Assembly: GCA_030770535.1 (NCBI GenBank)
Contig: JASVEC010000187.1
Coordinates: 1-34,363 of the forward strand
From: Batkoa obscura
Taxonomy: Eukaryota
DNA: 34,363 bases
Direction: 5' to 3'
A program made the translations under genes and the position numbers. The notes beneath the pieces are model-generated. The model made no database searches and was not told the origin of the DNA. It was given only the letters and a program-made list of their open reading frames with translations. Positions 23,489 through 34,363 of this stretch are shown one piece after another; position 1 is the first letter of the stretch; each line of letters opens with the position of its first letter.

Positions 23489-24664
23489 ATGAAATTTTTA
23501 CAAATACTTTTTTTGTTTTTTATAATAGCTGCTACTTATGCTAATGGTATACTTCATTTTAAAATATATTGAAATAGTTTATTAATATTGGTATTAGTGT
23601 GTCCATCTGGAGCACCATTTTGTTTAGACGTTAGTGTTTCAGCAAATCAAGCCAAGTTCACACTTCAAGGATCAAAAAAATCCGGATATATGGCAGTAGG
23701 GTTAGGTACATCTATGACTAATTCGGAGATTTTTGTAAGTTTTTTTATTTGATCTATTTGGTCTTTGACTAACGTTATTAATTAGATTGCTTGGTTTGAT
23801 TCAAATGGAAAACCACATGTAACTCAAAATTTAGGAGTAGGGCATACTAGACCTCAATCTGTCTCAGCCTCAAGCTTGGTTGTAAGCACTGACCAATCCT
23901 CTACTCAAAATAACAAAAATACTATTGTTTTCACCAGACCTCTTAAATCAACAATTAAAGGTGGTGTTGATATTAACCCAAATGATGCAAATAATATGAT
24001 TTGGGCTTATTCAGATTCTACTCCATCATCAGATGGATCTATAAAAAAGCATAGTTCTCGAGGTACTTTTAGCTACAGTGTAAGTTCAAGTGGTTCTGGA
24101 ACCATCTCGGAAGCCAACACCCCAGCAGCAGATGCTTCAACTTCAGGAGTTGCCACAGTAATTATTATACATGGTGCACTAATGTTAGTAGCTTGGATTT
24201 TATTACCAATAATTTCTATTTATATTGCTCGTTTCCTTAAAGGCGCATTGGGTATATGGTGGTTCAGACTACATTTCGGTTTATTTGTCTTGACCGGTCT
24301 CATTGGTGTAATATCAATTGTCTTGGTGGCCCTTGATCGTGGTAATGTTTTAGATAATCCTCATGGAGCCCTTGGAGTTGCTGTTATGGCTATCTATGGA
24401 TTTCAAGTAGGCCTCGGGATTTATATTGACAAAATGTGGAGTCCAGAACGTACTAAAATACCAATCTCCGATAAAGCACATTGGTGGTTAGGTAGAATGG
24501 TGTTTTTATTAGCATTTGCTAATATAGTCTATGGTATTGTATTAATAGGAAACCCAGTCTATTTCTGGATACCTACAGGAATTATAATCGCTGGAGGAGT
24601 TGGTGCCTTTACATATGGCCAAATATCATCGAAAAAAACTCAAGAAATTAATGGAAAAGTCTGA
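23489..24664 (+). CDS. DOMON (CDH-cytochrome-like) + cytochrome b561 membrane protein, 357 aa; exons 23489-23546, 23598-23734, 23786-24664
   Basis: Signal peptide MKFLQILFLFFIIAATYA. Two 51-bp GT-AG introns (the second has GTAAGT and CTAAC) give an open frame. DOMON motifs GYMAVGLGTSM, FTRPL and MIWAYS..KKH (Met/His haem ligands). Four b561 histidines in HGALMLVAW, WFRLH, NPHGALG and KAHWWLGR. TATATAAA at 23442. Confidence 0.9.
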
Positions 24665-25988
24665 TTTGTATATTTTAATCTAATAAATTTTGTTTTATAC
24701 TAATTAATCACTGTAATGATCAATCCTTTAACAATACAAAATCATATCTCCAAATAAAAATTATCATTTAGTTTGTACAAATGTGTCGTAATAAAGTATT
24801 GACTATTACTTTCATAAACAGCATGTTAAAAACAATCAAATATAAATATAAATATCTTGGGTTAAAAAAAGGGGGCTTCGTTTTAAAACCACCTTTAATT
24901 TAAGTCCTGAAATTTAAAGTAATTACTTGAAAGTACAACTATTGCAATTCTATTATGACCTAATTTGCGGTAATTTTTAGAGTCGGCTGTCTGCTTATTT
25001 TTATAAAGTCAAACTCTAATTTTAGCAAGATTTTGTTTTTAAATGGATAATTAACTAGATCGTAATAGAGTTGCAACAACTATAGCTTAAAATGGCAACT
25101 TTTGCCATATTTTTCTGTTTTTATTAGGTAATTTATAAAGCAATTCGACCTTTTGTGGCGCAAGCGGCAAAAGTAATTAATTGTAACTATAGAATCGATT
25201 ATAAAGTTGGCTAACTATCATAAAAAATTTCAAAGCTTTATTCATTATAATAATAAAGTGACGCTCTCCACTATAATATTAGTTTTTTTATCTTTTGGAG
25301 AGCTATTTTGAGCTAATAAAAAGTATCCAAAGTTATATTATTGGCAATTATAGAATAGAGCCAATTGCTTTTATACTGAAGTAAAATTAAAACTTAAAAT
25401 AATTCTATTGGAAATTTAAAAATGAAACGACCGTTGTAGCCTATGACCTATTTTTTGCATAAACTATCTTATACAATTAATAAGGTTTTAAAGTCAAAAA
25501 TTGTGCTAAGACAGGCGAATTAACATGGATGAGTTAAAATACATTAAAATCAAAATAATTTTTTCCAAGTTTGATAAAGTAAATTCCGTAGAAGTAGTAT
25601 TATTAAATGAAAAAAATAACTGGAGTAGTGTTTTTATTATTTTTCTATTTATAGACAACTTGGGATTTTAAAAAAATATCTTAGCCTCTAATGAAAAAAA
25701 ACATCTTTTACTTTAGTTTTTATAGTTAATTTAGTATTTTTGCAATAAATATTAAAAGGGAAAAAAGTTGATCCTTGGATTAAAGTTAATCTACTTTATG
25801 ATATAGGCGCTTGAGCATTATGCAACTGTTGAAAACCTTATACATACCTTGATATTTAGATAGAGTTCCCTGCCTGTAGATACTTTGAAGTTATTTTTAT
25901 CTTACAAAAAACGGAAATAAATATTAACATAAAATAAATGTTACATTTCGGAAAGGCTAAAATCCAAAATGTACTTTTATTAACATAT

Positions 25989-26086
25989 GTGGGTGTTTTT
26001 TTGGCTTCATTATTTTTTCCATCTTTTAAGCACCATTTGAGCGGAAAAATTGCTAGTAAAATTCTTAAACACAAAAATACATCTTC
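25989..26086 (+). mobile_element. MITE family A, copy 17
   Basis: Family consensus with degenerate ends, ATAT TSD. Confidence 0.9.
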
Positions 26087-26650
26087 ATATTCATTCGTTG
26101 ATGATGCACCATTATTTTTACTTATTATATCGTTTCTAAGTCTATATTAATAAGTTATTTATAAATAAAGTAGTAATTCATCAAAAACGACAATATTTTT
26201 ATACTATATATTCAAAACCTGATACAATATTTATATCACTTCACTGTACTAGGATGTTAAAAGTTAGTTTTATACTCATCTACAACTTTGATATTCTATT
26301 TTCAGCATTATGTGAAAAATAAGGCTTGCTCAACGATTTTAAAGGCTATTGCCAGTTTAAATTAATCGCTATTTTATTTTTGAAGTACAATAAAAACAAA
26401 CAATAATTATCTTAGTAAAACTATAACAAGAATTGATCTTTGAATTAATTTACAAAAATATGTATAACTATAAATGTTATTTAGTTTAAATAATTTTATT
26501 TTAAAAAAATAGAATTCTTGCTTTATTCTCATTTGTTAGTGAAATCTTTAATTTATTAATTTATTAAGCAACCATAAAAATAAACCAGGTGACTAAATTC
26601 AAAAGTATAAAATCAGAATAAAAAGATTATCTTATCTTTTAAAATCAAAC

Positions 26651-27460
26651 ATGAAATTCATAGATTCTTTTTTGTTTGTTTCATTCTGTGTTACAAACGT
26701 ATTCGGGGCTAATAGTAAGTGATTAGCAACATTTTTTATTTAGTATTAATCATTTTTTATTTAGACTGCCCAGAAGAAAATTTATGTTTTGATGTACAAA
26801 CGAGTGGTGATGAAGCTAAATTTACAGTAGAGGGCCCAAAGGAGCTTGGGTGGATAGCAGTTGGCCTTGGAACCGGTATGGAAGGCTCTGAGATCTTCGT
26901 AAGTGCTTAGTGGGATTCTTTTACTCTGATACTAATTCTTTGTCTAACAGATTACATACTTTGACGACAAGAACAAGCCTAAAGTAACACATGCTAAAGG
27001 CACAGGCCATGAACCACCAAAGCAAGTTGATTCTAAAGATATTAAAATTGATGATAAAAGCAGTAAAATAGCAGGCAATAAGAGGATAATTTCATTTACT
27101 AGAAAGTTAAAGAAGAGTTTCAGTGAAGGCTTGGATATCAATAATAAAGGAAGCAATGATTTTATTTGGGCTTATCATAAAAACAAACCAAGTTCTAAAG
27201 GCGAGATTACTCATCATTTAAAGAAAGGTACTTTTGAGTTAGATTTAGCTTCAAAAAGCTCTACTTCCGACAATGGTAAAGCTAGCACCTCCTCTAGCAA
27301 CGATAAATCTAATACCCTTTCTGATTCTAAAAGTAAAAGCAGTTCCAATTCTGAGTCTACTGGTAAAAAAGATGGACCTTCAAGTCATTCTATTGTAAAC
27401 TTTACATTATCTTCCCAACTTTTATTTGTAGCCTATTTTGCCACTTTAAGTTTATTTTAA
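26651..27460 (+). CDS. Secreted DOMON haem-domain protein with Ser-rich stalk and probable GPI signal, 235 aa; exons 26651-26714, 26765-26898, 26951-27460
   Basis: Signal peptide MKFIDSFLFVSFCVTNVFG. GTAAGT..AG introns of 50 and 52 bp at the same positions and phases as the upstream paralog. Motifs GWIAVGLGTGM, FTRKL and FIWAYH..THH, an S/K-rich linker and the hydrophobic C-terminus LLFVAYFATLSLF. Confidence 0.87.
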
Positions 27461-28026
27461 TATAGCAACTCCTCCCTAATAAATATAAATCAAGTACAGT
27501 ATTAAAGAAATTTGTTTTTTACTTATTTATTTTCAATCTATATCAGTTACATAAATCAATCGATTAGTTGATCCCGCTTTCTTATGCCTGTTTAGCCCCT
27601 CTTAAATATTTTGAAATTAACTAATGCATATTAATTTATTATAAAAACAACCTTAATTGTATGCTAACTTATCAATAATGCGCTATAAATATATATTAAA
27701 CATTTAATAACGTTAAATTTAAACTTACAGAAATCAAATAAAAGTTAGATTATTTCAAAATTAGCCAACTATTTTTGACAACCTTTATCTAATCATATAT
27801 TTTGTTATATAATATTTGCAAAGGAATTATAACTATAATAAAATAAACAGCAATCATATTTTAAATTATCTCCATAAAATAGAATAAAATTTACCATCAT
27901 TCAAAATTGGGGATGGTCTAAATAAAAAAACTCAAATTTTTATAGCATAAGCAAGTTTAATAAATTTACAAATCGATAAAAAATAGTTTTAAAAGGCACT
28001 ATAGGGTATTAAATAATACCAATTCA

Positions 28027-29431
28027 CTATTCCCCCTTTTTCTTGAAATCCCCTTTGAAAGGGCGAGTTGATAAATTAGGAGGGGGGAAGTAAACAGAGG
28101 TAGGGCTTGGGGTATTGTTTGGTGGCTGGCCTCCATAGCTAAAATAATAATTTCGGTTTTGTCTAAATAAAGTAAAATGGGATTAAAAAACAAAATTTAG
28201 AGTTATAAAAAGCTGACCTGATCTTTCCATCTGAATCCCGAGTAAGAACTGTGTATGGTACCCAAAATCCGTTGGTATGTATTTTCGACTTCTGATCCCT
28301 GGAATTAGAAGCGCCATTCTTTTTAGACTCTTTTGTATCAGCTTCAGGAGTGAAAATAGGGACTGGATTGTAATATTGCGGGTAAACGTAGGGAACATCA
28401 GTCATTTCTGAATAGGCAAGCTTCTTTCCAAAGAACTTATGCTTTGGAATATTATAATTATCATAAAGGTTTGTATTAACTTTAAACTGTACTTTTAAGG
28501 TACTTCCATTCCATTTTTCCCCATCACATATATTGATAGCATTAACACAAGACTCACGATCGACATATCTAATAAAAGCGAATGCATAATCATACTTGGG
28601 ACGATTAATATAGTTGAGCGACTCGATCTCTCCATACTGGATAAACTTATCCTCTACTTCTGGATGAGTGAAATTTTTATCTATTTGCCCAACAAAAATG
28701 CTATTGAAATCGAGATTACGCGGAGCTTTATCTGGAGAGGAAGCCCACTCAACTGCCCAATCGCCATCATTCTTGATGTTTGTGTAAGCAGCAATAGCGT
28801 CTTCACGGAAACGATATTTGACGAAGCAAGAGCCATTATAAGCATCTATAGTCTTACTTCGAATCATCTTCAAGGACTCTATAGGACCATGCGATGAAAG
28901 CCCTTCCTTGAGGAACTTTTCTTTTATACTACCAATGTTACTGATAAACAAGGTTCTGTTTACTCTGGCCTTTTCAACTCGAATTTGGCGGCCATCGATA
29001 ATAGTGTTAGGGGACTCCTTCAATGCTCTTTTAGATGCATCCAAATCTTTAAATTGAACAAAACTGTATGGGCGATTCATATTATCTTTAAGAACCTTAA
29101 CATTTAAAAGTTCACCCCAATGACTAAAATGGGCGGTAACACTTTTATGAAGTTCATTTTCGGTTTTTGAGGATACTAAACTGGCAACAAAAAGGCAGGC
29201 TTCGGGATCGAGTTTTCGACTAGAATCACTATTCAAGCCACTGCTCATTGTTTCAATATCAATATCTTCCGAACAACTGCTCGTACTATTGTCGTCATCA
29301 TAATCATCAAGGGAAAGATTTGCAAATAATTTATTCACCTTTCCTAATTTATCGCTATCGTTTTGCATACTGTTTCTTTTATAAAATCTTTGTAGTTTAC
29401 TAGAGTGCTGATCAGAATCTGACTTGGACAT
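28027..29431 (-). CDS. RIM4: Rim4/Msa1-like RNA-binding protein with three RRMs, 449 aa; exons 29431-28218 and 28162-28027
   Basis: RRM1 PEACLFVASL...ELHKSVTAHFSHWGELLNVKVLKDNMNRPYSFVQF...DGRQIRVEKARVNRTLFI is characteristic of Rim4/Msa1 (from recall). First ATG at 29431. A 55-bp GTCAGC..TTAG intron (28217-28163) joins a Pro/Asn/Tyr-rich last exon ending KGDFKKKGE*. Confidence 0.8.
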
Positions 29432-31320
29432 TAATGTTAGTATTAATTTCAATATAAATGCAGACTAATGCTAGTGCTCAAGAAACAACTTTTAAAATAG
29501 ATCAAATTATTTTTTGAAAGTCTTTTATATATATCGAAGTGATTTACTTACCTCAATTTATATTATTATGGAATCTGCTATGAAACTGGATAAAAGATGA
29601 AGTTACCACGTGTGTAAAACTTTAATATAAGAAATGATAAAAAAATGAGTCATATCGGAATCGCTCTCACAAATATGTCTTATTTATATGGCTACAACTT
29701 ATGGCAAAGCTTATTGAATTAAGTGATAACAGTTTTGAAGCAAAATCTATGGTGCTTGGTAGATGCTTAGTTTAGTAATCTTTTTAACTTTAAGATAAGA
29801 TTAATTTATATTGTAGTTTAAGTTATATATGATATGAAAAGCTAAAACAATAATACATACTACAATAAATATGATAAGATGTTGTTGTCTGTATTTTCTA
29901 GGATGTATTATGCATAATTTCATTAACTTTACTGTATTATATAGTGGCATTTAAATTACAAAATTTTGGTACAAGTATAAGATTGTTATAATACTAAATA
30001 TGGTTTGATTTCAATCATAAAAGTGTAATCCATTAATCATAGTATAAGTTTTAAATTACTGATTATTTTAGGGCCTATTTAAATCTAAATTTTATACATT
30101 TAACAAAAAGTTAAACAAAGCCTACTTTTAAAGTTAATTTTCTGATAATGTATACTATTAAATCAATTTGACTTTTATACGTTAAAATTTGTATTTATTT
30201 ACTTTAACAACGAACTATAATTTTTTATCATATAAATATTTACTAAGCTTTATAATAAAATCAATATAGATAAAATTGAATCTCAGGTATTCAAAAAACA
30301 CAGTTATTTTTTATTTTTTAGTCACAGTGTTTAGCATTTATTAATATATTATATATATATTAGATCTAAAGAATTAGAAATAAGTGTAAAAATAGTACTT
30401 ATGTCTTAGTATTTTACTTTGATCCGACTTTAATACCTTTGTATATTATTAAAGCATTTCTTTCTATCTGTTATTCGAACTTTCGTAAATCTGTTTATTC
30501 TTTATTTTTGGATGGTTTAAAATCCACTATTTAGAGATGTCTAAAGACTTCATTTTTTTATTAAAAGGACCCAACGCAATTTAATTATTCTATTACAATA
30601 TATATTCCAAGTTAGCAGGATTTCTACTAAATTTAATAGAAATTCCCAAATTAACAAGGATTTACTATTATAACTTATATATTGATATTAGTCAAAGTTG
30701 TAATATGTAAATAAATACATGTTTTTATAAAAGTTTATTAGGAAACATTTATTGTTAATTACTTTACAGCCAATATTCCAGATTCTATCGAATAAATAAA
30801 TAATTTTAGTTTTACCGTTATATTATTAATATGTCGCTAAGCTAATAAATAGTTGCATCTAAGGGAGTGATTAGCCTTAAAAGTGCAATTAATCATCTTT
30901 ATATAATACAAGCAATATAATAGTTTTTACTTGTTATCGTAACTGCTTGTTTTTTAACTATTTATTAACCTAACTATTAGTAGTTTAAGCAATACTAGCA
31001 TTTAACATTTGATTTCTAACATCTAATAAACTACCTACTTGGTAAATTTTTAAATTTTTAAATTTTTCGTCATTCTTATAAGCCAGGGTTAATTTTTTGT
31101 TTCTTTGTTTTCTATAAACTTGATAATTTTGGGATTATATTACTTTTTTTGATTTATCAGACATTAGATAGTAATGTAGTTTATTATTACGTTTAATAAA
31201 ATATAAATATCTTTTAATATCTTAACTTGTTGTTTTTTTACATTTTTATATTTAATACTTTTTAAAAAAATTGCGTTAATTTTCTTATTATTAACAGTTA
31301 AACTATTGATTTTATTATAT

Positions 31321-31418
31321 GGGGATGTATTTGTGTGTCTAACAATTTTACTAACAATTTTTTCGCTTAAATAGCGCTCAAAAAATGCAAAAAACACTGA
31401 AGTCAAAAAAACACTCTC
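31321..31418 (-). mobile_element. MITE family A, copy 18
   Basis: GGGGATG...CACTCTC, ATAT TSD. Confidence 0.9.
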
Positions 31419-31587
31419 ATATTTATAAACAAATCTCAACTTTTAAAATTGATTAATGTTTTTTTGATTTAATACTTGGGGCCACTTTTCTATTATGAGA
31501 TTTCTTTAAAATGCTTGTCAATTACATTTTTTCCATAATGCTTAGGAAAAATTAAAATCAAAATTTTATAAATTTTTTTAAATATAT

Positions 31588-31686
31588 GGGGATATTTTTT
31601 TTGGTTTCATTACTTTCTCCATTTTTTAAGCGCTATTTGAGTGGAAAGGCTGTTGGCAAAGTCCTCAAACACAAAAACACCCCCCC
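31588..31686 (+). mobile_element. MITE family A, copy 19
   Basis: GGGGATA...CACCCCCCC, ATAT TSD. Confidence 0.9.
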
Positions 31687-32213
31687 ATATAATATAAAAA
31701 AATTTGAGATTTAAAATAATTTTCTATATCTGCTTATATATTAATTTTTATAAACTCAAATAAAGGCTTTTTAGTTATTAAACTAATTAAAGAGTTTCCT
31801 GCACATATTAAATTATAATTTAATATTTTAGGTAAGTAATTAAAACAGACTTTTCTAGTTATATTATTATCTCCTAAATATAAGGTACTAAATCCTGATA
31901 TTAATGTAGCTTGTTTATTACAATAATTTAAATTTACTAAATCTAGTTTTATTTTTATTTTTGTTTTTATTTTTATATTTTACTTAAAGTTTAAAATTAT
32001 CATACAGCTTTTATTAATTTTTTAATAGTTTTGCGAAATCTGGTACCCAGTGGCTGAATTCAGAAGGCCTTAGCTTATGTAACCAACAAAAACTTGAATC
32101 ATGGAGAATAGTACTTAATAGACTACGGAATATGTAAGACAGATAGAATAAATAACATTACTGTAAATCTACGTAAAATGCTATCAGAAAAATTTAGAGT
32201 TTTTGTTAAAAAG

Positions 32214-32677
32214 TGTGAAATATCGCTTTGTCAGTCCCATGGTTAATTATAACATAACAATCGCCTAAGCTGTTGTGTTCTCGAGCTCAGAGGAAATCAA
32301 TCCCATGTTCTTATTTTGATTTGTTATGAGAATTTCTAGCTCCATCCTAAAGAATATCATCTTCTCATTTTGATATTTATACTTTTCAGAGTATAAAAGA
32401 GTTTACAGAGTATAGTAGTTCAAGGCTTTTTAACTGAATTAATCCCTGATATCTCGAACATTTAATAAAGCCACTAAGTTTTCTTAATAGTATTTTACAT
32501 AGATTTTACATTAGTATTGTCTATTCTATTTGTCTTATATAGCTTGTAACCTATTACGTGCTATTCCTCATAATTCAAGTCTACCTTAGTCACATAAACT
32601 AAGACCTTTCGACTTATAGTGTAGTCAACCCAGCAATAACTGTTCTTGACTCCAAACCCTGAGTACCAGATTTCACA
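32214..32677 (-). mobile_element. TGT...ACA element family B, full-length 464-bp copy
   Basis: TGTGAAAT...ATTTCACA with a perfect AAAG 4-bp TSD (32210-32213 / 32678-32681). Confidence 0.92.
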
Positions 32678-32697
32678 AAAGTACAATATTAAGAAAT

Positions 32698-32791
32698 GAA
32701 GGTATTCTTTTGGCTTCATCGCTTTTTTTATTTTTGAGCGCTATTTATGTGGAAAATTCATTAATGAATTCCCTAAACACAATACATCCTC
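32698..32791 (+). mobile_element. MITE family A, copy 20 (nested in family B)
   Basis: Diverged consensus ending CATCCTC, AAAT TSD. Confidence 0.85.
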
Positions 32792-33337
32792 AAATAGTTC
32801 AGTCAAAAAGCCTCGAATTATTGTTCTAAAATCTATTTTATACTCCAACAAGTATGGATATCAAAAGGGGGAGAGAACGTCCTTCGGAATCACAAGACAT
32901 AAACTCTCATAGCAAATCAAAATAAAAGCTTGGGATTAATTGTGCCTGAACTCGAGAACACAACAACTTGAGTAATTGTTATGTTATAGTCAATCATAGA
33001 GCTGGCAAAACGATATCTCACAGCTTCATTAAATGTTTTTTTAAGTATTAATATAAAGTTTATATAACTCATATAACTTTTTGTTAAAAGATTTTCTTAT
33101 CTTTATTTTGCTTTTTATTGTTATATTTATTTTGTTTTTTATTATTATATTCATTTTATTTTAAAATACCTTTTTTCTAATTATATACTGGGCATATATA
33201 TCGTATAAATCTGTTTTTCTTACTGTGTTTAAGATTACTTAATATATATTTAAAAAACATTAATCTAGATACTGCTTTATCTTTTAAATTATTAAAATAT
33301 TTATTATACATTATTCTTTTGCTTTTATTTAACATAT

Positions 33338-33436
33338 AGGGATGTTTTTTTGGCTTCATTATTTTTTTCATCTTTTAAGCACTTTTTGAGTGGAAAAATT
33401 GTTAGTAGAATTCTTAAACAAAAAAAATACATTTCC
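33338..33436 (+). mobile_element. MITE family A, copy 21
   Basis: AGGGATG...CATTTCC, ATAT TSD. Confidence 0.9.
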
Positions 33437-34363
33437 ATATATTATCTGATAAATGTTTATTGCTTTTCTTTTTTTATTAAATCTTGATGAAATAACTGGG
33501 TTATTGAATAAATATTATACTGATTTCTATCATATCAAATTCAAGACCTTTATACTCATTAAAAAAATATATCAAACCTATAATTAATAATAATGCTACT
33601 TACTGGTTTTTATTTTTTTATTTTTGTTAAAGCATTGATTTTATATATTGTTTGATTAAGTTTATCATTGTCAATGGTAAACTTTAATGATATTTCTTTT
33701 TTTTTGTTTTATTACAAAATCCCATAAACTCTGGATTATCATAACCAATTGCTAAAATTCATGTAAACGGATTACAATGTTTATATAATATGGGGTTGTC
33801 TGAATTAGTTTCATTATTTTATCCAATTTTTGAAAAATTTTGTATTTTAAAAACTTCGCTTAAAATTCTATAAAATCACATCTTTTATTAAAACAAAAGT
33901 ACCCAAACACAGTTCTAAATCATTCTATTATAGCTCATACTGTAAGTTAGTTGAATTTCTACTAGATCTTAGATACATGTTCTTATAAAGCTTAATTGAG
34001 AAATATTTATTATCAACTGCTTTATAACCAACATTGTAGATTTATTATCAAATAAATAAACTACTTTAATGTTATAATTACATTATTAATATATTGCCAA
34101 GTTAATAAATAGCTGCATGGGAGGGAATGGTGAGCCCCAAAACTATAATTAACCATCCCTATATAGTACAAGTAATAATAGTTTTTACATATTATTACAG
34201 TTACTTGTTCTTTGACTATTTATTAACTTAGCTATTAATAACTTAAGTAATCCTAACATTTAACAATCTATTTCTATCATTCAACAAAATATCTCACTTG
34301 CTTATAAATATCGAAAATTTTAAATTCTCTGGTTATCTTCGTAAGGTAAGCTGGGATCGATCG

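Larger units (their letters stand above)
32032..33022 (+). mobile_element. TGT...ACA element family B, outer copy hosting an inverted family B copy and a MITE
   Basis: Starts TGCGAAATCTGGTACCCAG and ends CGATATCTCACA, flanks GTTT/GCTT. The sequence resumes collinearly after each insertion. Confidence 0.85.

Noticed and set aside
27999..28897. ORFs 27999-28193, 28183-28398 and 28664-28897
   Set aside because: These are alternative-frame or antisense shadows of the Rim4-like gene. ORFs 7016-7213, 2698-2886 and 26944-27156 are likewise antisense shadows of other features.
1532..33436. The ~98-bp repeats as CRISPR, REP/ERIC-like or integron attC repeats
   Set aside because: They are dispersed in both orientations with irregular spacing and individual 4-bp TSDs, in an intron-containing eukaryotic context with no cas or integrase gene.
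33792..33905. Possible very diverged MITE A copy (ATAT-GGGGTTGTC...TTTCATTATTTT)
   Set aside because: Only the left part resembles the consensus, with no convincing right TIR or TSD.

Overview
This is a very AT-rich, eukaryotic, fungal-type window with short (50-55 bp) GT-AG introns. Its gene content suggests an early-diverging fungus such as an entomophthoralean, but that is inference only. Intact genes: an intronless MET5/ECM17-type sulfite reductase beta subunit (11045-15061); three paralogous 122-aa secreted cysteine-rich proteins; a tandem pair of DOMON haem proteins (one DOMON+cytochrome b561, one DOMON+putative GPI anchor) with matching intron positions; and a Rim4/Msa1-like three-RRM protein. 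There are also two F-box pseudogenes. The most striking structure is a long inverted duplication around the sulfite reductase gene. Arms 3061-4526 and 15408-16873 look identical over 1466 bp, yet the mirror homology continues outward as decayed (~60% identical) sulfite reductase 3'-end pseudogene fragments. This suggests an old palindrome whose core is kept identical by gene conversion. Intergenic DNA holds 21 copies of a ~98-bp MITE (GGGGATG...CATCCCC ends, 4-bp mostly AWWT TSD, one empty site) and 4 copies of a 400-460-bp TGT...ACA element with 4-bp TSD, including nested insertions. All alignments were done by eye.
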